Below are positions 1 to 14,134 of a stretch of DNA of 64,000 bases, one piece after another. The translations under genes and the position numbers were made by a program. The stretch is from Octopus vulgaris. Lineage: Eukaryota. Below the pieces are notes generated by a model that made no database searches, had not been told where the DNA came from, and saw nothing but the letters and a program-made list of their open reading frames with translations. Within the stretch, counting starts at the first letter, position 1. Each line of letters starts with the position of its first letter. Where the stretch lies: the NCBI GenBank assembly GCA_951406725.2, contig OX597829.1, forward strand, positions 8,308,001 through 8,372,000, in the 5' to 3' direction.

Positions 1-88
1 TAAAGTGCTAGAAAGAAAGAAATATAAAACATGGGATACTAAGTTTCAGACTGACAGAAAAATAGAAACTAGAAAGTATGATTTAGTG

Positions 89-122
<34 letters not shown>

Positions 123-390
123 ACAGAATAGAAATGCCAGGTAATTGACTTTATAGTCCCAAATGATGAGGAAGTCAATATGAGAGGTATAGAGAAAAGT
201 ACCAGGAACCAGGCATTGGGTTGCAGGGACAATGGAAAGTGCAGGTAAAATGTATCCCTGATGTTATAGGTGCATTAGGAACTCAACCCATAACGATTTG
301 AGTAAATGAACAGACGAAATAGGCATGAAACCTAGTTTAGTGCGGCTCCAGAAAACAATATTAATAGCAACAACTAGGATACTTTAATAG
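1..390 (+). mobile_element. R4/Dong-like non-LTR retrotransposon, decayed restriction-like endonuclease C-terminus
   Basis: Manual translation across frameshifts: KVLE..WDTKFQTDRKIETRKYDLVVV..CQVIDFIVPND..KYQE..WKVQVKCIPDVIGALGT..LQKTILIATTRIL*. This parallels the ORF at 27420-27908. A (GTA)n run has expanded inside it. Confidence 0.75.
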
Positions 391-1824
391 TAATAATGAT
401 TTTCCAGTTTCATCAGTTAATTTTCTGAATGATAAAAAAAAAACAGCAACTTAAATTACTTTTATGATATTACTACTAAAGTTAAATAGTTGTGGTTGTA
501 GGAATTCTATCTATTATAGCTGTTATTGTTGTTCTTTTGCTGCTATTCCTCCTCCTGCTGCTGTTCGTTTTTTGTCGTAATGGTAGAAGTCGTTATTGTA
601 GTTGGTGTTGTCAATAATTTTGCTGTTATCGAGGCTGCCGTTACCATCGTTGCCGCTGTCATAATCGTCATTGTTGTCTTTCTGCCGTCCGTATTTCAAT
701 TTTTACCACACTGAAAATATTTGTTTTGACATAAAAAAACTGTCTAGTAATAATAGCAGTAGCAGTACTTTCATTAACATTAATAGTTCCTGCAATAATG
801 GTAGAAATATTTGTAGATTAAAATTTGAAGCTTTGATGTATTTAATATTGGAGACAGTGATTACGGCAGTGTTAATGTCCCCCTCCCCACAAATTTTGGG
901 CGTTGTGCCTAGAGTAGAGAGAATATTTACCTTCCCCTTTCCGTTCTGTCGAAGTCAGTATTGCTTTTCATTCTTCCAGTGTCCCCGACAAAATGTAATT
1001 GTACCAATCAAGTACTGCCGTCGGTTTAATCGACATCAAATGAAGATATATATATATAATACAAACTGAAGATACCTTTAGTTTTCTCTTCGAGATCATT
1101 GGCGCCGCGAAGAGAGAATTAATTCCTGCTTTGGGAATAACTGCTAATCCCATGCAAAGTTTCCTTGGCCTGTTTCTTGGAGAGGACACTCCAAAATAAT
1201 TTCACAATGAGCACCTAATATAGACTGAAGTAAAATTTACCAAAAGCAAGTCCATGATTTCACAAAATAGATGCTGGAGCAGAGGTGATATTGTTGTTTA
1301 TCTTCTGCCCTAGATTAACCTTAAGTGAGAAGACACATACTAGCCCTTGACTACCATATTTATTTCAGGATATCTAGAACAACATTAATTAATGTCTGCT
1401 TACCTTCTTTTTTTTTTAAGACGAAATTTGGCTGCTATTTTAAGCAAGAGGGACGACTCTATAAAAGCTTTCGTAGGTACTTGTTGATTGTTTGCTGTTT
1501 TCAAGATCTCAAAATCCAGCTTTATTAGTACAAACATCAACAGTAAAACCTTACCATCTACACTTTCATATTCCCTTTAGGAAAAACAATTTTTTTTACA
1601 CTTTAAACTATTACCCCACCATCCCCCACTCTCTCTCTCTCCCTCTCTTTCCTTCCCTTTCTCTCTCTCTCTCCCCCCTCGACCTCAACTCTTCTGGTGA
1701 AATGTAAGAATGTTTGTAAGTTTAGCAGAATCTGCTTTATCTGTGTAGTCAAATAATCCCAGTCACGCTAAGAATGTTCAGGTTTTGACATAGTAAGAAT
1801 ACGTTTGTTTATATAAAAGAACCG

Positions 1825-2960
<1,136 letters not shown>

Positions 2961-3249
2961 TCTTTCCCCTCCCCCTCTCATATAGTATGACTGAGTATCT
3001 TTGTATATGAATGACCCTGCTAATGACATCCTACACAAAATGTCTTGGCATCGTACTCATATTAAAATTGGAAAATTTTGTTACCAATTTTCTTGTCAGT
3101 ATTGTCTTTTTGTTTACACATATATATGTAAATCTCCACTATTTTTCGCTTTTGCATTGCCCCATATGTTTTGCGTTCCTTATGACCTATAAAGAAATCA
3201 TCATCCCCACCACCACTACCACCACCACCACCGCGGCCGCCGCCGCCGC

Positions 3250-3312
<63 letters not shown>

Positions 3313-3324
3313 TAAAAGCGTTAC

Positions 3325-3361
<37 letters not shown>

Positions 3362-3921
3362 GAGTGAGAGAGCAGTGCATGCCATCAAAGTGACACTGGG
3401 GTAAAATATACGAAGCCCAGTATACCCATCATGACTACCCGTCTGATAAGGGTACACCAGGCACATGCATCACAACCATATGTGCACGACATTATACTCT
3501 CATATCAATATAAACAGCACATGACCTTGCAGGTGGGGTCCAGTTAGAATTTTCTTCTGGTCGAGTAACCCATCCTTCTCAAAATGTCCCTGAATAAGGA
3601 TTGTTTAAGGATGTTGAACGAAACACCCATGTTTCCAGAGGTGAATTATTCAAACCCCAAAGAATTCCTCTCAATACATGGCTATGATGCTCCCCCACTA
3701 CTTCTGCTCCTGATCAGAGATGCACATATCGTCAGTCACTAAGGGACATGCTCAACTGGTTACGGTCAAGCAACTGACAAGTAAATCTGTGGTATTGAGC
3801 AGAATATTTGCTGTAGCCCATCTTTTATACCAAGACAAAACAACGTACAGGATAACATGATAACACTTCCAATAAGTTAAGATAAGAAGCCCAGAGAGCC
3901 ACTGCCAGGTACTGCATCAGG
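3362..3921. mobile_element. ~560 bp non-coding interspersed element inserted in an (ATT)n tract
   Basis: Complex sequence with (ATT)n directly on both sides, no ORF; family not identified. Confidence 0.55.
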
Positions 3922-4696
3922 ATTATTATTATTTACCTTTCGTATCATTGAAAGTTAAGTAAATAGACACACACACATACACACACACACATGCACACAC
4001 AGACACACAGACACACACACACACACATAAACATGCATATGTGTGCGTATGTGTTAAATTAAGAAATGGTGAAAATTCTGAAAATAATAATAATAATAAG
4101 CTTATAGCTTATTTGCGTCCACTGTGTATTAGCTATGGAAAACAGTCTACTATTGCGGCATATAAAAGTGGATTCCATTACCACGAGTTCTAATACCCAT
4201 TTTTACTATCGACGGCTTATATGCTCCAATATTCTTTAGCCAATAGACAGTGTTCTCTTATAAACTTTATGCTTATAATTATTATTTCTTGATAGACACA
4301 CACATACATATGATTTGAGAATATTTTAGGAGATACTTCACTTGTTTCTGAAAATGATATTATCAATGGCTTCTACTTAACGCACAAAGTCAGCAAGGTG
4401 GTAAGAAGGAGATTAATTGAAATCATCGACTCAAGTCGCTGAATCTAGAAGACAAATTCGAAGCGCTTTGAATTCAGAACGTAAAGTACAAGGTAACACA
4501 TTGGGTAATTTTGTCCGATGCCCTTACTAGCGTTCCAGTTTACCGCCCTTACATAAAAGAAATCACCCTCACATACACATGACGAACTATGTATATGCCT
4601 ATATATATATATAACTATGTATATAAATGTGTATATAAAAAATCCACTATCCTTATCTAGTCCCACACGCACACATATATGTATATGTATGTATAC

Positions 4697-4727
<31 letters not shown>

Positions 4728-4743
4728 CACACAAACACACACA

Positions 4744-4822
<79 letters not shown>

Positions 4823-4826
4823 GATT

Positions 4827-5021
4827 CGCCATGATAGATCGCTAGCCCCTAAATCTTTTTCTTTTTTCTCTCCCTGTTTATTTCTGTGTTCCTTTCTGTC
4901 GAGGAGCGTAGGCTCGAAACGTAAAAGACTTTCTCGCTTTCCGGGCATTATAAACTAATACAGCTGTTTGTTGTTTACACACCCGTCTTCGTCTTTTGTT
5001 TTTTTTGTTGTAAATTCTCAC
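4827..5021 (+). mobile_element. ~200 bp TA-flanked element with variant hammerhead motif (family H, copy 1)
   Basis: CTTT-CTGTCGAG-GAGCGTAGGCTC-GAAA-CG-TA-AAAG at 4892-4927; homologous to four other copies in the window. Confidence 0.8.
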
Positions 5022-5098
5022 TATATATACACACACATATATGTATACATATATACATACATATATACACATACATACATACATGCATACACTCATAT

Positions 5099-5206
<108 letters not shown>

Positions 5207-5776
5207 TGGACTAGATAGGGATATGTGGATATTTTTATTTTTATAAGCACATTTATGTATGAATTTGAACTTAAACCATATAGAAATATATCTACCAAAC
5301 TTAAGAGCTCAATTCTAAATACGCCGTTAAACTTTAATGTATTATTATGTCAACGCAATAGCCATAAGTAGAATGAATTTACATATAGATTATTTGGTTG
5401 AAACGAACGTTCAGCGAAAAATAGAAAAAAATAATAATAAAAAGGAAAGTCTTCATTGACGTTTCATAATTTCATTCCAGTTTCTACAGCTGCTTCATTA
5501 GTCTCATTTATGTTATTCTTAAAGCACCAAGTGTTTTGATTTTCAAATTTCAGTTTTATTTCCTGATGAAACAATCTGGTTATCTCATTCATATTAATTG
5601 TGTATTTTACATACATTAATGACGTTATCAACTGGAGGATGATTTTTGTATACAGCTATGGGAATAGCTATAGAACTTCGATTTTCATTATTGTAGCACA
5701 CGCCCCCTCTCTCTGAGTCTCTCTTCCTCACTCTCTGCCTGTCTGTCTGTTTATCTGTCAGTTTGTGTATGTCTGT

Positions 5777-5817
<41 letters not shown>

Positions 5818-6605
5818 CGTATGTATGCGTGTGTGTGTTACTGAAAATACGGCGTGACCTAGTTTTGTGTATAGCATATGTCAAACAATCATTAAACGAC
5901 AAACGCAATTTCATCACACACCCGTGATATATATGGGTATTATTCGTATTACCTTATGAGTTCAGCTTGTAACAAAAATAACCCATTACATACAAACACT
6001 GGTCAGTTATTTTCCTGGGATTTTAAAGAAATGCAGATATAGGAAGGTTTTTTAAATATGGCTATGGAAATGGAGGGAGGAGGGAAAAGCTGCTTGAAAA
6101 ATTGTATGGAAAACTAAGGAGTTCAAAACACAGGATATAAAGGATGGATTATTAAAATATATTACTGGAGTGGTAAAATGCCTTGTGGTTTTCGTTCCAG
6201 CTTATTATGATTTGGGTACAAAATTTCCTGTAATTTCTCCTGGATTGAAAAAATAAAATTCTGGCCTTATGACTAAATCAGAAACTGGTATTATTATAAC
6301 AGATCCTCTATATTTGTATATATTTATATTATTATATTTTTTTATCTCTTCAATTTTTGCTAGTCATTTTGTTTTACTAGTTTCTTTCTTCCCTTTATTG
6401 ATTATTTGATCAACAGACTACATTATGTGTTGTCCTCCATATGATATAGTTATAAATAAATATTTAGGTGAGGAACATCACTGCTAAACAACTTATGCAA
6501 CGAGAAATATACATTCAGCACTCCATTCCTGTTTGTGTAAACGCCTATAATTGAGTTATATGTAAATGTGCGCATACATGTATAGGTTAGTGTGTGTTTA
6601 TGTGT

Positions 6606-6637
<32 letters not shown>

Positions 6638-6810
6638 GTACATTTGTTTGTTTATATATGTATATATATATATATATATAAATCTATATCTATATCTCGC
6701 TCTTTATACTTTTTCCATTTCTCTTACTGTATCTACACACACACATTCATTCTGTGTATACATATATATGCATATATACATAATACACACGTGCATATAC
6801 ATGTACATAC

Positions 6811-6908
<98 letters not shown>

Positions 6909-7029
6909 TTATATATTCTTTTGTCACTCCTCTGTTGCACATTCTCATTACACACACACACACACACGCACATACATACACACACATGCACATACACACA
7001 CATGCACACACACGCACACATATGTATGT

Positions 7030-7237
7030 ATGCATTTGTGTGTCTGTGTTTGTCCTCCCACCATCGCTTGAAAACCGATGTTGGTGTGTTTACCTCCCCG
7101 AAACTTAGTGGCTCGGCAAAAAAAGAATAAGTACCAGGCTTAATATGAATAAGTGCTGGGATCGATTTGTTTGACTAAAGGCAGTGTTCCAGCATGGCCA
7201 CAGTCAAGTGACTGAGGCAAGTAAAAGAATAAAAGAA
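7030..7237 (+). mobile_element. SINE family A, 3' half
   Basis: ATCGCTTGA..AACCGATG..AACTTAG..CCAGCATGGCCACAGTCAA..AAAAGAAT matches the 3' half of 12663-13086. Confidence 0.8.
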
Positions 7238-7390
7238 TACTATTTATTAAAGTCGAAAAAATAATCTTCACAATTTGTTTCGCGAGACTGCGTGACTGTT
7301 TGCCGGGCAGTATTATCGCAGCTGTCTGGTTAACGGTCGAGAGAAACTGAACAACAGTTTGTGAGGAGGTTTTCGGCTTTAATAATAGTA
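7238..7390. mobile_element. MITE-like element with ~21 bp terminal inverted repeats
   Basis: TACTATTTATTAAAGTCGAAAA ... TTTTCGGCTTTAATAATAGTA. Confidence 0.55.
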
Positions 7391-7932
7391 TATTAAGATC
7401 TATGTGGTTTTTTTCACTACTTACAATTTTGCTCCAATTGATTTCAAATTTAAGATATGTATTAAGTTTTGTATACTAATTATGAAAATGAAATTCATTT
7501 TTCATGTAAATCCCTAATTAAAATGTTATTGGTCTTTAAAATTTGCAAAATTTGGGTATTTTTAGACAATCAGAAACGAGTATTTTACACATTACAGTAG
7601 CGAAGAATTCTGTTTCCATAGTAACTAAAGATGTTGCGCATGCACACAAGGAGTGTAGCCACCAAATTGAGTGTAACCAACAAGTTGAGAGTACCTGGGT
7701 AACTTTAAAGCGTGGAAACAAACACCGGTGACGAACACTTTGAACACCTGTAACATTTTTGCAAAACTTTTTCTGGAATAAATGAATTCAGATTCAGCGT
7801 CAAAAATTACATCTATATGATACATTAAAAAAATATTTTTAAAGATAATTCTACCTTTGGCATTTGGAGCTCTATTTCTTCCACCTTGTTTTGCATCGCC
7901 GGGCTACCTCTGTCTGTAACACACACACACAC

Positions 7933-7978
<46 letters not shown>

Positions 7979-8019
7979 GCACACACACACACACGCGCAC
8001 GCACACACACACACTCATA

Positions 8020-8963
8020 TAGAAAATAAAGTTATTTTATTTCACATGGGTAGAAATACAAGAAAAAGAGAAGTTGAAAATGCACTGAGAATAGTTAAAA
8101 TACATTTTATTAATATATTTAACGCTTTAACTGGTTTTACAGTTTTTACTGATTTTCAGAAAGTTCAAATAGGAAGACATGGCTTATGTCGCGGCTGTCT
8201 TGCTTCAGACTAGTGTTTGAAGTTAGACCTTGTTTTATAGGCAGTTCATGGCTCAAATTAGTATATGGTTAGGATAAGACATGATTATTAGAGGATAGTC
8301 ACATAACTGTCTTTGAAAAGTTTGTAGGTCCCCCACTACGTCATGTGTTAGAATCAAGTGATAATGTTTGGTGGAATTCCAACCACGTTTCATATCTCAA
8401 CAGCTCCTTTATAAGATCCAGTGGCTAAAGACTGACACAGTTGACTGAACATGTCTAGTGACAGTACCAAACAATCAATGCTGTGAATGTTTTCTGTCAA
8501 GTGTTTATAGAAAATGGACACGTGATTAATCTTAGAACCTTTGGTACGCGTCCCGCTACGTCCGTGCGTTAGTGACAGGCGACTGTATACTTTGAGCCTA
8601 AAATGAGGGCCGATACGGTTGAGTGAACATGTTTAGTTACAATCAAGGCATTCTAATATGCCAGGTAGGAGACGGGACAGGAGTCGTTTGCATGTAGTCC
8701 CGTGGTTAAAGTTTGGGTTGTTAGCTGTGTAGGTTCCTCATGATATGACAGAATGAGTTTTGTGTGTGAATAGATATTTGTGAATGAAATCTGTTAAAGT
8801 TTCTTAAATCTTGGTTTGTACTTGGTTTGTATGAAAGTATTTTCTTTGTTTATCTGTGCTTCATCTGTGATATTCGCTGAACATAGGTGCAGTGAGAAGA
8901 CCTGGAATTTGGGGGACTTATTTTGTTGCACATATGGCTATGTGGGCATTCAGTGACCACTCG
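8020..8963 (-). mobile_element. 5'-truncated Penelope-like element: GIY-YIG C-terminus, 3' region and decayed hammerhead
   Basis: Minus-strand fragments LNAHIAICA..KFQVF..QINKENTFIQTKYKPRF resemble the C-terminus of the ORF at 37315-37650. Minus 8124-8165 reads CTTT-CTGAAAA-TCAGTAAAAACTGT-AAAA-CCAG-TT-AAAG. Both ends lie in microsatellite. Confidence 0.6.
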
Positions 8964-8999
8964 TATGTGTGTGTGTGTATGTATATGTATGTGTGTATG

Positions 9000-9046
<47 letters not shown>

Positions 9047-9161
9047 TGGCTTGCCCGCTTAGCCAGCGGGGTGGCGTCATTTGAAGGCTAAAAACAATGC
9101 GAAGCGCTTTGTGACCAGCGATGTGTAGCAACATCTGACGGTGACGGTGACGGTGATATAG

Positions 9162-9192
<31 letters not shown>

Positions 9193-9285
9193 TATGCGAG
9201 GTGGTGCTGAAAAGGGAATCGTGATATATATTTATATATATATATATATCACGATTCCCTTTATATATATATATATATTCCCTTT

Positions 9286-9612
9286 ATAATATTAATTAGA
9301 GACAAAACCACTATTATGCAAATCAAACAAAGAAAGACTTAATCCAATACATAAAATTTTTTATATAAATTAAATATAATTAAGATTAATTAAGATATCC
9401 ACTACGATCGTAATGGATATCTTAATTAATCTTAATTATATTTAATTTATATAAAATTTTTATGTATTGGATTAAGTCTTTCTTTGTTTGATTTGCATAA
9501 TAGTGGTTTTGTCTCTAATTAATATTATATTATATTTTACTATAAAATTGGATTCAATCCTAAATCTGATTTTTCCCTGTAAATTTGGATTTATTCCCTA
9601 ATATTTATTATT
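9286..9612 (+). mobile_element. Fold-back hairpin element (~120 bp arms, ~80 bp tail), family P copy 1
   Basis: Near-perfect palindrome 9286-9529 centred on TACGATCGTA; 17 bp direct repeat TATATATTCCCTTTATA at 9272-9288 and 9612-9628. Confidence 0.85.
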
Positions 9613-9621
9613 ATATATTCC

Positions 9622-9681
<60 letters not shown>

Positions 9682-9969
9682 ACAAACACATACACACACA
9701 CGCACACACATCTGAACGTACATACACATACAAACATACACACATATACAAAGTCACAAACACACATGTATAAATGCTTACCTACCTACCTACCTTCCTG
9801 CATACATACATACATGTCCGTCATATTGTCTATTGGCGACTAAGTGTGCTTGTCTGGATTTGTGCACTTATATTCGACTCTTTCTTTTGCACTTCTCCTT
9901 TTAGCTCTATTTCTCTGTATGCATTTTTATGTGTGAGAGTGCATGCATACTTGTATCATTTTATGTGCA

Positions 9970-10002
<33 letters not shown>

Positions 10003-11249
10003 CTTCTTCTTCTTCTTCTTCTTCTTCTTCTTCTTCTTCTTCTTCTTCTTCTTCTTCTTTTTCTTTGTTTCCTTGTATTGGATGAAAACGACTTTGATTT
10101 ATTTATGATTTAAGTCTTGCAATAATAAGGAAATTTTGTTGCTCAGCGTGAGCTGCGGACAATAACAGATTTGCGGGTTGCGAAAATATTCTTTATTATG
10201 ATTTTAACCAAATTAACTAATAAAAATGTTTTATCTATTAAATATGTTCTCTTAAAATAAAAATACACTTTCAAAATTTTTGTGAATCATATACCGTTCC
10301 TTGTTCTTGCAGGAACCGCTAACAAATTATTTACTATTTTCCATTTCTTTATATTATATAGTCTTCTACTTTAGATGAATTTGATTATGTTTTTACAATT
10401 ACTCGAGATTAGAATTTATGTATACATACTTTTTCTTCTGTTTTTCTTGGCTCTATTCCAAAAATGAGTCGTTCCTCTAACTCCTTATATAAATATACCA
10501 AACGTGAGACTCTGATGCAAAAGACATCCATAGATTAACAAACAGGCTACATTATGCTAGAATTACGCACAAAAACCTATGTATTAGATATTTTTATGCA
10601 AACAAACATGTGGCGCAAGATCAGTTTTAGCTTTAGTCGTTCGCATTCTATATTCACTGCGATCTGTATAATGTACAAAATGATATTTCAATTTGATATT
10701 TCCTATGCACAATGTTTGTGTACCATGAAAAAGAACTGAATTTTGCCAACATCGAAGACCACCAATAGCTTCCTTAAATTCTTGTGCTTACGTTTCATAT
10801 TTTCCCATATAGTTTTTGTTTTTACTTTAGTTTTTGAATTAAATTACCTAAGCAATTTAAAATCAGACTATCACCAAGTTTTGGCGATTGTCTTTCGGTT
10901 GTCGTCAAACAAACTGCATCATCAGCTTCGGTTTTCTACAAACTTATAGACTGATATCAGTTACTTACTTAAGGAATTAGATATATACAGGTGTCACCCT
11001 GCGAATGGAAGCGTTATGCGCGTGAAAATCTTGCCATAATGAGGAGTTTCGTAGTGCAAAACATATTCTTATATTGTGGGGAATGTATGTACTTACGGAG
11101 GCTACCTTTTCCTGGAATTCCATAGTTCCCTGTGTAGATGTTCAATTCTGGTTTGTCTAAAATAACATCGATTACGAAATGATATTTTTTCCTGAACAAT
11201 ACGCAAGTCTGTGGCTGATAGTTTCTTACAAATTTATTTGACTCGATCC

Positions 11250-11680
11250 CACTATTTCTGGAAGGGACGTTGGGGTAGAGTTCTCAGGCTCTTCTTCCAT
11301 ACGGTCCTGTCACAAGCAACCGTCATTAGACCTTCCGGCTGGATTCTCAAGTGCGACCGACTATGGCTGGTTGGCTTGCTTGAAGAATCCATTCTGTTAT
11401 TCTTTTCTGCGACATTCAAATCCCATCTCCAATGTGGAGAAGTGACAGCTCGAACTGGAGAGATTCCTTGATTTGCGAGCTACGCACCCTGCCGAATAAG
11501 GTTATTCCAGAGATCCTTCGGAGGAACCCTATTTCGGCAGCTTGTATTCGGAATCGTACACTTTTCGTCATTACATCATATTCGTGACCAAAGGTGAAGA
11601 TAAATACAGAAACCGAATAGGAAATCTTAGCTTATTTTTTTACCAGCCTCTCTTCTTCCCCCTTTTGGTGCGCACGCATT
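11250..11680 (-). mobile_element. Decayed RTE-clade (Expander/Rex3-like) LINE 3' fragment
   Basis: Manual translation GHEYDVMTKSVRFRIQAAEIGFLRRISGITLFGRVRSSQIKESL ... HLRIQPEGLMTVACDRTVWKKSLRTLPQRPFQK*. Confidence 0.75.
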
Positions 11681-12662
11681 ACTGTGTCTGCACCTACAAT
11701 TCTAGCATCCAAATAGCTTTCTACTTTCCGTCACTCGTGACAGTTTACCTAATTTAATTTGCTAGTAACTAATGTTCTTTGGAGAAACTATATAATTTCA
11801 TAATTTTACTCTTCTTTCCTACGTAACAATATCATAGTGTCTCCATCTGTCCAAGTTTAATTCACAGCAGTGTGACTACTTATACTTTTGAAAATTCAAC
11901 ATTCAGGGAAATTGAAAGCCTTTCCAAACTGGTAACATTGCTGTAGCTGATGTCATACTTGGATATGTATATATATATTTTCTGTTAATTGAGTCAAAGG
12001 TGTCTTTCATGCGCTTCTATACTGTTCCCTTTCGCCGAATTTCACTCACAAGGTCTATTAGATCAGAGCCTAGAGGAGAAGACTCTTGTCCAATGCATTA
12101 GAGAGCTGGACGGAAAGTGAAAGCACGTACTTGCAGAATAATCTTCGCAGCCATAGCCCTGTTTGCACCCATGATTTCAAGACATGTCATAAAAAGAGGA
12201 AGGTCGGAAAGGAAAGCAGGGATCATGTAATGTATGTATCAGAGTGAACTATGCTAGAATCACCCAAGAACCATGGGGCGATATGGCATAATGATACACA
12301 GGTCAAAAGAGATAAACTGTTTACCGCTGTTAATATATATACTATGCTCGTTTTTGGTGTAAGTCATTTAAAGATTTTCCCTGGGTATCATACACATGAC
12401 ATTTGCTGGCTGCATCGTCAGTACGACTGGAAGGAGTGATACTGATGCAAGGTTCAGAAATCATTGCAATGTCGAGTCTTCTCGTTCTACGTCACAATAC
12501 CCGTGGACGTCGACTCCAACTTGAGAGCACAGTATGGCTTTCATTGGCTTGTTTGCCCAAACACGTGATATTTTAAGGAGAGACCACTCTTGTGGAGAGT
12601 TGTTGTCTCACATTTATCCAGAATATCTGAAAGTACAAGCCACATGTAAAATAAATATACAT

Positions 12663-12827
12663 GGAGTGGTTGTGTGGTAAGTAGCTTGCTAACCAACCAC
12701 ATGGTTGCGGGTTCAGTCCCACTGCGTGGCATCTTGGGCAAGTGTCTTCTGCTATAGCCTCGGGCCGACCAATGCCTTGTGAGTGGATTTGGTAGACGGA
12801 AACTGAAAGAAGTCTGTCGTATATATG

Positions 12828-12887
<60 letters not shown>

Positions 12888-13086
12888 TGTGTCGGTGTTT
12901 GTTCCCCTAGCATTGCTTGACAACCGATGCTGGTGTGTTTACGCCCCCGTAACTTAGCGGTTCGGCAAAGGAGACCGATAGAATAAGTACTGGGCTTACA
13001 AAGAATAAGTCCCGGGGTCGATTTGCTCGACTAAAGGCGGTGCTCCAGATTAGCCGCAGTCAAATGACTGAAAAAAGTAAAAGAGT
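12663..13086 (+). mobile_element. tRNA-derived SINE family A, full length
   Basis: A-box-like TGGTTGTGTGG, B-box-like GGTTCAGTCCC, CTTGGGCAAGTGTCTT core, internal (TA)n(TG)n; multicopy in the window. Confidence 0.9.
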
Positions 13087-13103
13087 ATATATGTGTGTAC
13101 ATA

Positions 13104-13526
13104 GACTCAGGAGTGGCTGTGTGGTAAGTAGCTTGCTTACTAGTCACATGGTTCCGGGTCCAGTCCCACTGCGTGGCACCTGGGGCAAGTGTCTTCTACT
13201 ATAGCTTCGGGCCGACCAAATCTTTGTGAGTGGATTTGGTAAGCGGAAACTGAAAGAAGCCCGTCGTATATAAATAAATAAATATATATATATATGTGTG
13301 TATATGTTTGCGTGTGTGTGTGTGTGTGTTTGTGTGTCTATTTTTGTCCCCACTACATCGCTTGACACCCAATGGTGATGTGTTTATGTCTCCGTAACTT
13401 AGCGGTTCGGTAAAAGAGACCGATAGAATAAGTACTAGGCTTACAAAGAATATTTCCTGGGGTTGATTTGTTCGAAGGCAGTGCTCCAGCATGGGCGCAG
13501 TCAAAGGATTGAAACGAATAAAAGAA
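13104..13526 (+). mobile_element. SINE family A, second tandem copy
   Basis: Colinear with 12663-13086. Confidence 0.9.
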
Positions 13527-13636
13527 TATACATACATACAAATATACAAATATACATACACACATACATACGTACGTACATACATACATACATGCATACA
13601 TACATACATACATACATACATACATACATACATACA

Positions 13637-13672
<36 letters not shown>

Positions 13673-13689
13673 CATATATATACATACAA

Positions 13690-14092
13690 AAATTATAATT
13701 ATAAGCATAATTGTAATTAGGGTTCAGAATATTGCTATATACCGAAATTTAGAAATAGCAGTTGTCGCTTGGTTCAATACATATTTGATTATTAGCACTC
13801 TCAAATTTACAATTGAAATACTACACTGAAGACGGAAATAAATGACTAAAAATAAAAAATTTTTACATCTCTTTAATCCAGAAACGCGTATGTAGTTGAT
13901 CAAAGCCGGGTGAATTCGTTATCTTTTTCTCTTTCACTACGTGAATTAAGAATATTGCTATCTGGGAGATATCTTATGGCAGAGTAATAGTATTTAACTG
14001 CTTTTTCTAAATTTCGGTATGTGGTGAAGCAATTTTTGCTGAACCCTAATTATAATTATGCATACAATTATAAAATTTTACCCTTTATTATT

Positions 14093-14098
<6 letters not shown>
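13690..14098 (+). mobile_element. Inverted-repeat-bounded element with internal hammerhead (family Q, copy 1)
   Basis: Imperfect inverted arms ~13690-13763 and ~13996-14075 (TAATTAGGGTTCAG / CTGAACCCTAATTA), short tail, microsatellite flanks. Confidence 0.75.
13821..13895 (+). ncRNA. Minimal type I hammerhead ribozyme motif
   Basis: Stem I CTACA/TGTAG, core CTGAAGA, stem II GGA..TCC with a long AT loop and a C.A closing mismatch, GAAA, palindromic ACGCGT, cleavage triplet GTA. Confidence 0.7.
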
Positions 14099-14132
<34 letters not shown>

Positions 14133-14134
<2 letters not shown>

